DNA from: Eubacteriales bacterium
GTDB lineage: Bacteria > Bacillota > Clostridia > Oscillospirales > CAG-272
Direction: 5' to 3'
Assembly: GCA_045586845.1 (NCBI GenBank)
Contig: JAZNBB010000022.1
Span: 10,382-74,381 of the forward strand
Length of the DNA stretch: 64,000 nt
Made by a program: the position numbers and the translations under genes. This document shows positions 1 to 8,757 of the stretch, in pieces. The notes beneath the pieces were generated by a model, which ran no database searches, was not told where the DNA came from, and saw only the letters and a list, made by a program, of their open reading frames with translations. How positions within the stretch are numbered: position 1 is the stretch's first letter; each line of letters begins with the position of its first letter.

Positions 1-109
1 TCCATATGAATGAATGTAACCATATTATAACATACTATTGTTTGCATTTCAAGAACCCAACAGAAAAAGTTTACGCAAACATGAGTTTTGATCAACCAAG
101 CACCAAAAG

Positions 110-123
110 GTTACAATTGTAAC
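110..123. promoter_or_regulatory. Perfect 14-bp palindrome GTTACAATTGTAAC, candidate operator upstream of the acyl-CoA ligase promoter
   Basis: GTTACAA/TTGTAAC is exactly self-complementary. A further TGTAAC half-site lies at 15-20. The palindrome sits about 40 nt upstream of the -35 at 162-167. Confidence 0.4.
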
Positions 124-161
124 ATTACGTAGGCTGAATTGTGAACAAATACCCAAGTCGC

Positions 162-190
162 TTGACAAAACACTCTGCCGTCCCTATAAT
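162..190 (+). promoter_or_regulatory. sigma-A type promoter of the acyl-CoA ligase gene
   Basis: TTGACA (162-167), 17-nt spacer, TATAAT (185-190), about 40 nt upstream of the ATG at 231. Confidence 0.6.
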
Positions 191-230
191 GTAGGAGAAA
201 ATCAACCTGCCATGAAAAGAGGTAATCACT

Positions 231-1943
231 ATGAAAAAACATACAGCAAAAGCATCAAGCAGCTACTGTCCCAAGATCTGGGATGCCGCCGACTTATATG
301 CTGCCATGCGTGAGCACGGCGAAAAGGTTGCACTGCGTTATATGGAGAGTGGAAAGGTCAGGGACATGACCTATAAGAGCTTTTGCGATAATATTTTGGA
401 TATGGCAGCGGGACTGGATGCGCTGGGCCTTGGGGGGAAGAGAGTTGCGCTGATCGGTGAGAACAGCCCCAGATGGCTGACTGCCTATATTGCCGTGCTT
501 GCATTAGATAGCGTGATCATTCCCATGGATAAGGAGCTCGCACAGAACCAGATCGAGCAGTTTATTGCATCGGTGGATGCGGAGGCAGTGATCTACAGTG
601 ATTCCTTCAACGGTAAATTCGATGCCGCGATGGATCATCACTCTACGCTGAAGCATTTTATCCCCATGCTGCCCGAGAGAGGCGACCATGGCAAGGTCAC
701 CGCTTTTGAAAAGGTACAGCGCATGGGGGCGGGTAGTGTGCGTGCGGGCTGGAATTTGCCGCGTATTCAGGATAGAGCCAAAATGGCGCAAATGCTGTTT
801 ACCTCGGGTACCACAGGATCTTCTAAGTGCGTCATGCTCAGTCAGCAGAATATCTATTCCACGGTCAATGCCGCCATGCGGTATATTGACATGACCCCCG
901 ATGATGTTTCTTTGAGCGTACTGCCCGTGCATCACACCTATGAGCTGATGTGCCTGCAGGCAGAGTTGTTGCTTGGCATGACGGTATGCATCAATGACAA
1001 GCTGCGCCATGTGGTCAAGAACATGAACAGGTTTCGTCCCACGGTTATGACGCTGGTGCCACTGTTCCTTGACACCATGGAGAAAAAGGTATGGGCGGAG
1101 GCAGAGAAAAAGGGAAAGGATAAGACGCTGCGTGCAGCCGTGAAAACCTCGGACGCACTGCGTAAGACCGGTGTGGATTTGCGACGTAAGCTGTTTGCCG
1201 ACGTGCACCGTGCATTTGGCGGTAACTTGCGCGTGATTATTTGTGGAGGTGCCAAGCTCAATCCCACGCTGATCCGCACCTTTGATAGCTTTGGTATCAA
1301 GGTCTACGAGGGCTGCGGTATTACCGAATGTTCGCCTTTGACCACGCTCAATCCCTTTTTTGCACCAAAGGTTGGCTCGATCGGCAAGCCCGTGAGTAGC
1401 TGCAATCTGCGTCTTGACACCAAGGGTTACGGCAAAAATGAAAGGGGATATCGTGAGGGTGAGATTCAGGTAAAGGGGACAAATGTTATGCTTGGCTACT
1501 ATCAGAATCCTGAGGCAAATGCTGCCGTGTTTACCAATGACGGTTGGTTTCGCACGGGTGATGTAGGCTACTGCGACGAGCAGGGGTACTACTATATCAC
1601 GGGCAGATGCAAGTCGGTGATCGTGTTGGATAACGGAAAAAACGTGTTTCCCGAGGAGATCGAGGAATATGTTGGCGCACTGGATACGGTTGCCGAGTGC
1701 GTGGTAGTGGGCAGAAAGCCGGATGCGCATACCCCTACTTCGCTGGTGGCGGTCATTTACCCCAATTATGACAAATTTGAAAAGGACAGCTCCGATGAAA
1801 ATGTCAAGCAAACCATTCTTGCCTCGATCCGCGCCATTAACCGCGAGTTGCCCAGTTTTAAGCAAATCCAGCGTATCGAGCTACGCAAGACAGAGTTTGA
1901 AAAGACTACGTCTAAAAAGATCAAAAGACATTTGATCAAATAA
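231..1943 (+). CDS. AMP-dependent acyl-CoA synthetase/ligase (long-chain fatty-acid--CoA ligase-like)
   Basis: 570-aa ORF with AMP-binding signature LFTSGTTGSSK, a downstream GWFRTGD motif and a C-terminal KTTSKKIKR region. RBS aagagg lies 8 nt before the ATG. Confidence 0.85.
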   Translation: MKKHTAKASSSYCPKIWDAADLYAAMREHGEKVALRYMESGKVRDMTYKSFCDNILDMAAGLDALGLGGKRVALIGENSPRWLTAYIAVLALDSVIIPMDKELAQNQIEQFIASVDAEAVIYSDSFNGKFDAAMDHHSTLKHFIPMLPERGDHGKVTAFEKVQRMGAGSVRAGWNLPRIQDRAKMAQMLFTSGTTGSSKCVMLSQQNIYSTVNAAMRYIDMTPDDVSLSVLPVHHTYELMCLQAELLLGMTVCINDKLRHVVKNMNRFRPTVMTLVPLFLDTMEKKVWAEAEKKGKDKTLRAAVKTSDALRKTGVDLRRKLFADVHRAFGGNLRVIICGGAKLNPTLIRTFDSFGIKVYEGCGITECSPLTTLNPFFAPKVGSIGKPVSSCNLRLDTKGYGKNERGYREGEIQVKGTNVMLGYYQNPEANAAVFTNDGWFRTGDVGYCDEQGYYYITGRCKSVIVLDNGKNVFPEEIEEYVGALDTVAECVVVGRKPDAHTPTSLVAVIYPNYDKFEKDSSDENVKQTILASIRAINRELPSFKQIQRIELRKTEFEKTTSKKIKRHLIK

Positions 1944-1950
1944 AACAAAA

Positions 1951-1974
1951 AGGACTGCGTAAGCAGTCCTTTTG
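1951..1974. terminator. Bidirectional Rho-independent terminator between convergent genes
   Basis: Stem AGGACTGC (1951-1958) pairs with GCAGTCCT (1963-1970) around loop GTAA. An A-run lies upstream and a T-run downstream. Confidence 0.75.
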
Positions 1975-1993
1975 TATATCACGTTGTCTCGGA

Positions 1994-2830
1994 TCAATCT
2001 TTCTTCTTTGTGCAAACCGCTCCCAAAGCGATCAAGGAAAGAGCCATAAGACCTGTGCCGATCACGCTGCCGCAGCCCTTTTCGTTCTTATCGGTGGGTT
2101 TGGATGCAGTGGGCTTTTTGGTAGAATCTTCTTCGGTTTTCTCCTCGGTGGTCTCTTCGGCAGTCTCGGTCTCGGTTTCGGTTTCTTCCTCATCGAAATC
2201 ACACCATGCAATTGCCTCGTCCTCGGACTTGAAGATCGCCAGCTCCATCAGATAGAACAAGTCGCCGTCTTCAACACCCACGGGGTCGATTCTGAGCTGG
2301 CTGATGTTGCCCGACCACATACCTTCAAGATTGTAGATGAAGTAAACAAAGCCGTTTGCCTCATCGCAGTACTCACTGGTCGCCTTAGCCTCCTCGGTAG
2401 GAGCGGTTACATCACCAGCACAGTGGTAGATCTCAAAGTCATTATAATAGTAGCCTTCTGGTACAAAGAACTTGAGAACGATGTAAGGAGCTTCCTCGCC
2501 GGTCAGAGGGGTCAGATCGAATTTGTTGCAATAGGTCTGGTAATTGAAGGCAAAATTGGGGTCAGTAGAGTTTTTGATTTCGATCTTGAAGCCTTCCCAT
2601 TCGCCTGTTTTGGAAACGCCGCTGCCCTTGACAAGTCCGTTCAAGCCCATAAAGCAGCTGGGCTTGATTGCAAGATCAGCGTCAAATATGATTTTGTCGT
2701 TGGTGCGTTCAACCGTCTCGGCAGCAGTGGAGTCTTCTGCAGCAGTAGTGTCTTCTGCGGCAAATGCATAAAGCGCCAGACAAGAAGCCAGCAGCAATAC
2801 ACAAAGGATCATGGATAATGCTTTTTTCAT
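1994..2830 (-). CDS. Hypothetical secreted, C-terminally membrane-anchored surface protein
   Basis: 278 aa. N-terminal signal peptide (LLLASCLALYAFAAED), central globular region, acidic E/T-rich linker (EEETETETETAEETTEEKTEED), then a single C-terminal TM helix followed by KKKD. Confidence 0.6.
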   Translation of the reverse strand: MKKALSMILCVLLLASCLALYAFAAEDTTAAEDSTAAETVERTNDKIIFDADLAIKPSCFMGLNGLVKGSGVSKTGEWEGFKIEIKNSTDPNFAFNYQTYCNKFDLTPLTGEEAPYIVLKFFVPEGYYYNDFEIYHCAGDVTAPTEEAKATSEYCDEANGFVYFIYNLEGMWSGNISQLRIDPVGVEDGDLFYLMELAIFKSEDEAIAWCDFDEEETETETETAEETTEEKTEEDSTKKPTASKPTDKNEKGCGSVIGTGLMALSLIALGAVCTKKKD

Positions 2831-2917
2831 GATAATTCTCCTTTTTTAATGGTTTATATTTTTATTCTACATGAATTCGGATGATTTGTCAATAACCATC
2901 CGAGTTTTTGTTTTGCA

Positions 2918-3313
2918 TTATGATTCGCATTTACAGGAACAGGGCTTGGTGAAGAATCCTGTCAGGTCCATTTCCCAGATATCCTGTACATTTTTTCGAA
3001 ATCCGATGGCTTTGATCAGCCCTTCGTCCTGTACCTCGCCCATGAAGTACGCAAGATGCACATCGCAAAGGTCGATAAAGTTGAGCGCGGCTCTGCCGGC
3101 GGTGAACATAGCTTGATACGCGTCGGCATCGGGCAGTGAGATCAGCGAATGCAGTTCGCCGTGATCGGCATAAATGTTAAACTGACAAACCCCCGAAAAT
3201 TGCCCCTCATCCCATACGCTGTAGCAAAAATCCTCGGGCAAAAATTCCACGCCGCACAGGCGGCAGAATTCTGCCTGTATGGACTTGTCCTGAATTGGTT
3301 TGACCTCAAACAT
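2918..3313 (-). CDS. Hypothetical small cytoplasmic protein
   Basis: 131-aa ORF whose start overlaps the rluB stop region by 8 nt, so it is co-transcribed downstream of rluB. No motif recognised. C-terminal CSCKC. Confidence 0.45.
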   Translation of the reverse strand: MFEVKPIQDKSIQAEFCRLCGVEFLPEDFCYSVWDEGQFSGVCQFNIYADHGELHSLISLPDADAYQAMFTAGRAALNFIDLCDVHLAYFMGEVQDEGLIKAIGFRKNVQDIWEMDLTGFFTKPCSCKCES

Positions 3314-4040
3314 GATCTTTTTCTCCTTTCAGATATGCGACTTGGCTCGTACTCAAGTGCACGTATTTGCCTTCGGGCAGGTCGCCAAGCTCCAGTTCGC
3401 CGATAGCAACACGCACCAACTGCTTGACGCGCAAGGATTGCAGTTCGCAGATACGGCGGATCTGTCGGTTGCGCCCCTCGTACAGCGTCATTTCCAGCAG
3501 TGTTTCGTGCTCGCCCTCTGCAAGCTTGCGCACGCGAATGGGCTGTGTCAGGTAGCCGTCCAGCTCGGTAGGCGCACCCAACCCTGTCATTTGCGCGGTC
3601 GTGGGGTGACCCGCTACCAGCACGTGATAGATTTTGGGAATGTCGTGACGCGGGTGAGTCAGGCGGTTGGCAAGCTCGCCGTCGTTGGTCATGAGCAAAA
3701 GCCCCGAGGAGTCCATGTCCAATCTGCCCACGGGATACACACGCGTGCCCACGCTGCGCGTCAGCTCGGCAACCGTGGGGCGACCCTTTTCGTCCGACAT
3801 GGTGGTTACAAAGCCGCGCGGCTTGTGCAGCATCAGATATATCTTTGCGGTCTTCTTGGGGGGCATGATGCGCTTACCCGCGTATTCTACCACGTCAGAG
3901 CCCGGGGTGATCTTTTGCCCAAGCTCGGCGACAACTCCGTTGACCTTAACGCGGCCCTTTTTGATCTCTTCCTCTGCCGCGCGGCGCGAAAGCACGCCAC
4001 AGTCGGTAAAGTATTTTGCAAGTCTTACTTGTTCGTTCAT
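3306..4040 (-). CDS. rluB: Pseudouridine synthase, RsuA/RluB family
   Basis: N-terminal S4-like segment (RLAKYFTDCGVLSRRAAEEEIKKGRVKVNG) and catalytic Asp motif GRLDMDSSGLLLMTNDG. Confidence 0.85.
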   Translation of the reverse strand: MNEQVRLAKYFTDCGVLSRRAAEEEIKKGRVKVNGVVAELGQKITPGSDVVEYAGKRIMPPKKTAKIYLMLHKPRGFVTTMSDEKGRPTVAELTRSVGTRVYPVGRLDMDSSGLLLMTNDGELANRLTHPRHDIPKIYHVLVAGHPTTAQMTGLGAPTELDGYLTQPIRVRKLAEGEHETLLEMTLYEGRNRQIRRICELQSLRVKQLVRVAIGELELGDLPEGKYVHLSTSQVAYLKGEKDHV

Positions 4041-5206
4041 AATAGTCCTTTAAAGATGTTCAGTAGTGCGCGCAACCAACCGAGCGTTGGTTTCTCCTTT
4101 TTTGCCTTTTGCACGCCATGCATGGCATAAAGCGGTGCTCTGGCGATGATTTCGCCGTCCATCGTCCAAACCGCCTCGCCAACCTGTTCGCCGGCGGCTA
4201 CGGGGGCGTAGGCAAAGTGCGGTGCGTAGACCGTACACGCAATCTCACCGTGCTCGCGCGGCAGAGTCAGCGAAATCTCTGCTTTGGTCTGCAGATAGAC
4301 CTCGTTCTGTGTTCCGCCTGTTACGGGCAGGGCGGCGGTAAAGCTGTTGGCTTTTGCAAGTGTGACGCGCCGGTATGCAGCAAAGCCGTTCTCATGCAGT
4401 GCGGTGTGCGTTTTCCAGTCATCGGGGCAATCCAACGTCACACAAACCAGGCGTACGCCCTCGCGCTGGGCAGCGCTCACCAAGCAGCGTCCGCTTTTTT
4501 TGGTGAATCCCGTCTTGACTCCGATGCAGCCGTCCAAAGAGGAGAGCAGCCTGTTGTGGTTGCGCAACACACGTGCCCCCTGCTGCTCACGCAAGGGAAT
4601 GACTTTTTTCTGTGAGGATACGATACGCAAAAAATCCTGATTTTCAAGCGCGTATGCCGTAATGCGTGCGAGATCGTACGCGGTGGTATAGTGCCCTTGG
4701 GCGTCTAATCCGTGCGGATTTGCAAACTGTGTGTTCTGTAGCCCAAGCGCAGCAGTCTTTTGATTCATCAGTGCCGCAAAGCCCTCAATACTGCCTGCGG
4801 TGTGATAGGCAAGCGCGGCGGCTGCGTCGTTGGCAGAGGACAGCATGAGTGCAAAGAGCAGCTGCTCAACGGTCAACCTCTCACCCTCGTACAGGTATAT
4901 CGACGACCCCTCCACGCCCACTGCACGCGCATCCACGCACACGGTTTGCGTCAGATCGCAATTCTCCAGCACCACAATCGCGGTCATGATTTTGGTAGTT
5001 GACGCCATCGGCATACGGGTATGTGCGTGCTGCTCGTACAGCACGCGACCGCTTTCTGCCTCGATCAGTATTGCTGCTCCTGCGCCCACGGGCGCAGGCA
5101 CAGTTACATCGGTATCAAGCGCACGCGCGGGCACAGTGCACCCAAGCAGACATAAAACAGTGCAAAGCAGCGCGCAAAGCACGCATTTGGTTGGAAATTT
5201 TTGCAT
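4037..5206 (-). CDS. dacB: D-alanyl-D-alanine carboxypeptidase (low-MW penicillin-binding protein)
   Basis: Signal peptide plus the three PBP motifs SxxK (ASTTK), SxN (SSAN) and KTG (KTGFT). The neighbourhood with scpAB and rluB resembles the B. subtilis dacB region, so the symbol rests on synteny only. Confidence 0.8.
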   Translation of the reverse strand: MQKFPTKCVLCALLCTVLCLLGCTVPARALDTDVTVPAPVGAGAAILIEAESGRVLYEQHAHTRMPMASTTKIMTAIVVLENCDLTQTVCVDARAVGVEGSSIYLYEGERLTVEQLLFALMLSSANDAAAALAYHTAGSIEGFAALMNQKTAALGLQNTQFANPHGLDAQGHYTTAYDLARITAYALENQDFLRIVSSQKKVIPLREQQGARVLRNHNRLLSSLDGCIGVKTGFTKKSGRCLVSAAQREGVRLVCVTLDCPDDWKTHTALHENGFAAYRRVTLAKANSFTAALPVTGGTQNEVYLQTKAEISLTLPREHGEIACTVYAPHFAYAPVAAGEQVGEAVWTMDGEIIARAPLYAMHGVQKAKKEKPTLGWLRALLNIFKGLL

Positions 5207-5266
5207 AGTACCCCCATATGATCATCGTTTTGCTACAGTATACGGGATCTTTTGGGGGAGTATGTC

Positions 5267-5719
5267 TTATTTGCCTTTGTTTTCGGTCTCGAGCGCGGGC
5301 TGTATCTCACCGTCCTGCTTCATCTCATTGAACTTATCAAAGATCATCTTGAGACGGTAAACGATATCGGGTGTACGCTCCAATAGATCCGCTACCTGCT
5401 CGATGGTGTCCTTGGGTGCCTTTTGGCCTACGTTGATCATCTCAACGCGACCCTCATGGGAAATGACCAGGAAGCCGACGGGTTGTACGGAAAGACCCGT
5501 CCCGCCGCCACCGCCGAAGTTCTTGGCAGAAGCTTCCTTTTTTCCGTCAAAGTCCAACCCACCCGAGGCAAAGCCCATGGCAATCTTGGAGACGGGAATG
5601 ATGGTCACGCCATTGGAGGTCTCCATGGGTGTGCCGATGACGGTATTGGCATCAATGATAGAGCGGATGTTTTCAAGCGATTCCTTGATGATTTCTTGGA
5701 TCTTGTTGTTCTCAGACAT
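5267..5719 (-). CDS. ytfJ: Sporulation protein YtfJ / GerW family
   Basis: 150 aa with typical GerW/YtfJ sequence (VIGTPMETSNGVTIIPVSKIAMGFASGG ... GGGGGTG). Follows a DUF2953-like gene, as in B. subtilis ytfI-ytfJ. Confidence 0.8.
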   Translation of the reverse strand: MSENNKIQEIIKESLENIRSIIDANTVIGTPMETSNGVTIIPVSKIAMGFASGGLDFDGKKEASAKNFGGGGGTGLSVQPVGFLVISHEGRVEMINVGQKAPKDTIEQVADLLERTPDIVYRLKMIFDKFNEMKQDGEIQPALETENKGK

Positions 5720-5748
5720 ATTGAAAAGTTCCTTTCATATATGAAAAT

Positions 5749-6531
5749 TCATTGTTTTTCCGGAGTGGGGAGTGTTGCCTTGGTCATTAAGTTGCCCTTA
5801 TGCCGAAGGACAACGGGAATGAGCGGCAGCAGCGTATGCAGCGTGCGGAACACGCTGAAGGATACGACCAGGGAGAAATCGGTACGGGTCTTGTCGCCTG
5901 TATAGTCGGGACTTATGACAATGTCTGCCTTGCGCACCCGCAATACGGCGTGTGCGTCGATCACGGCAAGTAGCTGTGTCACGGCAGCCCAAGCAGCACC
6001 GCAAAGCAGCGCGGTCTGCGCGGCATCCTTGCCGACTACGTCAAGGTGCAGCTTGCAAACGTGTACGTGCAGTCCCTTGCGCGTGCCCTCGAAAAAGGCT
6101 TCGATCAGCTCGCTGATCATACGCAACAGCACCTCTACGTTGAGCTTGTCTTGGGGCTTTTTTGCTTTGGGCTTTGCGTCTTTGGGGGGCGTTGGCTTTT
6201 TTTGCGCCTTGCTTTGCGCACGCTTTTGCATGAGCGCGCGGTAAAGTGCGTGCCGGCGCACCATTTCCAGGTAATCCTCGGCGTGCCGTGCATGTTTCTC
6301 GGCGGCGCGCATGGCTTTTTCTTTGGTATAGGTGCGCAATTTGCGCAGCTTTTTTGGCGGGCGGGGAAGGCTGGCTACCTGAATGCCGCCCACGTACAGC
6401 TTAAAGAACAGTGTGTCTCGGTAGCCGATCTTGATCTTGACGCGCACAGCAAGCAGTACAAGCACTAATGCAGCAGCGAGTACGATCAGTGCTGCTATCA
6501 CAATCAGCGCGATCTTGAATCCGAGTGGCAT
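5749..6531 (-). CDS. DUF2953 (YtfI-like) membrane protein
   Basis: 260 aa with an N-terminal TM helix and a lysine-rich linker. Position immediately upstream of ytfJ on the same strand. Confidence 0.65.
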   Translation of the reverse strand: MPLGFKIALIVIAALIVLAAALVLVLLAVRVKIKIGYRDTLFFKLYVGGIQVASLPRPPKKLRKLRTYTKEKAMRAAEKHARHAEDYLEMVRRHALYRALMQKRAQSKAQKKPTPPKDAKPKAKKPQDKLNVEVLLRMISELIEAFFEGTRKGLHVHVCKLHLDVVGKDAAQTALLCGAAWAAVTQLLAVIDAHAVLRVRKADIVISPDYTGDKTRTDFSLVVSFSVFRTLHTLLPLIPVVLRHKGNLMTKATLPTPEKQ

Positions 6532-6567
6532 GGCAGCCTCCTTTCCGTAAAAATCAGTACAGGGGGA

Positions 6568-7215
6568 TCATATCTCCGCGCGGCTGTCATTCTCTGCGAC
6601 TTCGGTGTATTCACCCTCGGGCAGGGTGTCCTCGGCTTGTTCCTCCGCTGCTTCTTCGGTCTGATCGACCTGGGCGGCAGCAATGCTGAGTGCCTCGGTC
6701 TCAGGCAGCTCGGAAAGCGAATTCAGACCGAACACGCGCAAAAACTTATCGGTGGTTACGTAAAGCATGGGACGACCGGGCGCATCCATTCTGCCGCAAG
6801 CCTCGATCAGATTCTTGTCAAGGAGTGAGCCGACGGCGTAAGAGCTGTCCACGCCGCGCACCGCATCTACGTAAGCACGGGTGACGGGTTGGTTGTAAGC
6901 CACGATGGCAAGCACCTCAAGCGAGGATGCGGACAAATTGCCGCCGCGCTTGATGCCGAGTGCCTCGCGGATGTAAGGCATATATTGCTCCTTGGTGGTC
7001 AGCTGGCAGGTTTCGGGCAGACAAAGCATCATGATGCCTCTGCCGGCTTTTTGGTATTCGGTTGCCATGTGCTCGCAAAGCAGGCGCACATCAGAGGCGG
7101 AAAGCCCCAGCACCTCTGCAAGCTTGTCGTATTTGACGGGATAACCGGCGGCAAACAAAATTGCCTCAATGGCTTCGCCGATATCCGAAATGGTAGGTGT
7201 TTGCTGTTCGTTCAT
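6568..7215 (-). CDS. scpB: Segregation and condensation protein B
   Basis: 215 aa with an ScpB-like N-terminus (AIEAILFAAGYPV...) and an acidic tail. Overlaps the scpA stop by 4 nt. Confidence 0.85.
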   Translation of the reverse strand: MNEQQTPTISDIGEAIEAILFAAGYPVKYDKLAEVLGLSASDVRLLCEHMATEYQKAGRGIMMLCLPETCQLTTKEQYMPYIREALGIKRGGNLSASSLEVLAIVAYNQPVTRAYVDAVRGVDSSYAVGSLLDKNLIEACGRMDAPGRPMLYVTTDKFLRVFGLNSLSELPETEALSIAAAQVDQTEEAAEEQAEDTLPEGEYTEVAENDSRAEI

Positions 7216-8006
7216 GCGGGTGCTACCTCACTGTCTTGTTTTTGGGGTTGTCTTTGGTCTGCGGGAATGGGATTGATGCGCAGTCGCGCGTTGGATCTGT
7301 AGAGCGAGTGCTCGTCGGCATCCTCGTCCTCAAGCAGGATGTCGCGCACCTTTAAGAGCTCCAAAACGCCCAAGAAAATGGCGATCATATCCGCGTGTGA
7401 CACCGAGTCGGAAAGCAGCTCCTCCATAGGTGTCCACTCTTTCTTTTTCATGCGGTGTAAAATGCCCACGATCTTTGCCTCAACAGGCACGATGGGTTTG
7501 GAGATCATGGGAGAGAATACCACCTTTTCATTGCCCTGATTGGCTTCGTTGTAGGCAATGATGCGGCGCACCGCCGCACAGAGTGAGGTGACCTGTTGGT
7601 CGTCCACAAAGGTCTTGTCAATCGAAATTTCGTCGGTATCCTTGACCATTCTGCCGCTGTAGCGTTCAAAGCGCAGCTTGAGTTTTGCCGCGCCCTCCTT
7701 TGCCTGTTGATATTTGAGCAGGGCATCTGCCAGCTCGGCACGGGGATCCTTTTCGTCGGACTTCTCGTCACGAGGCAAAAGCATCTTGGTTTTGATCAAA
7801 ATCAACTCACTTGCCATGACCAAAAACTCGGATGCGACCTCCAGATCCAGTTTCTGCGCCTGTGCGATGTACGCGATGTACTGATCGCAGATCAGCGCGA
7901 TGGGAATATCCTGAATGCTGACCTTGTTTTTTTGTATCAGGGTCAACAAGAGATCCAGCGGACCGTCAAAGTCGAAGGATTCGATTTTATACTTTAACTC
8001 AGCCAT
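7212..8006 (-). CDS. scpA: Segregation and condensation protein A (kleisin)
   Basis: 264 aa. N-terminal FDGPLDLLLTLIQKNKVSIQDIPI is typical of ScpA. Coupled to scpB. Confidence 0.85.
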   Translation of the reverse strand: MAELKYKIESFDFDGPLDLLLTLIQKNKVSIQDIPIALICDQYIAYIAQAQKLDLEVASEFLVMASELILIKTKMLLPRDEKSDEKDPRAELADALLKYQQAKEGAAKLKLRFERYSGRMVKDTDEISIDKTFVDDQQVTSLCAAVRRIIAYNEANQGNEKVVFSPMISKPIVPVEAKIVGILHRMKKKEWTPMEELLSDSVSHADMIAIFLGVLELLKVRDILLEDEDADEHSLYRSNARLRINPIPADQRQPQKQDSEVAPA

Positions 8007-8018
8007 AAGTCACCGCCG

Positions 8019-8753
8019 TTACGAAAAAATCAATTCGAGAATGAGATTGAGAGGCATTGCGAAAAGATTGCCCATGATTTCCATCAAAAAGCTAACTACT
8101 ATACCTACGGGGGAAATATTCCAACGCGAGAGCACCAGCAAGATTACGATCAGTACAATGCCGGTATAACGCTCGTACTGCATGACCTTGAAATACCACT
8201 TGGTAGGCAGGAATACGTAGGCAAAGCGCGAGCCGTCAAACGGTGGAACGGGAATGAGATTGAATACCGCCAGGGCAAGATTGAGATAGGTGTTCATGTA
8301 AAGGAACATATCAAGCATTTGCAGCCAAATGTTCATCTGCTCCACGCCTGCCAATATCAGGAAGAATTGCATAAGCAGACTCAGCATCAGGCTGACGGTT
8401 GCGATCAGAAAATTGGAGACGGGACCCGCAATGCCCGAGATCGCCATGCCCCATCTGGGTTTTTTGAAGTTGCGCGTATTGATCGGCACAGGGTTTGCCC
8501 AGCCAAAGCCCACGATCAGCATGGAGAGAAAGCCGATGGGGTTTAAGTGCTTTAAGGGGTTGAGCGTCAGTCTGCCCAAATTGCGGGCGGTCGGGTCGCC
8601 CAGCTTATATGCCACCCAGCCGTGTGCGGTCTCATGTACTGACAGCGCAAACATGATAATGGGCAAGGAGAGCAGAATCGAGATCAGCGAATGCTTGAAG
8701 TCATCGCTCCCAAAACCGTCGGTCAAGCCCGATTGTAACAAATTTAAAAGCAT
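8019..8753 (-). CDS. Site-2 protease family (M50) membrane metalloprotease
   Basis: 244-aa polytopic membrane protein with HExxH (HETAHGW) in a TM segment. Confidence 0.75.
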   Translation of the reverse strand: MLLNLLQSGLTDGFGSDDFKHSLISILLSLPIIMFALSVHETAHGWVAYKLGDPTARNLGRLTLNPLKHLNPIGFLSMLIVGFGWANPVPINTRNFKKPRWGMAISGIAGPVSNFLIATVSLMLSLLMQFFLILAGVEQMNIWLQMLDMFLYMNTYLNLALAVFNLIPVPPFDGSRFAYVFLPTKWYFKVMQYERYTGIVLIVILLVLSRWNISPVGIVVSFLMEIMGNLFAMPLNLILELIFS

Positions 8754-8757
8754 GATT

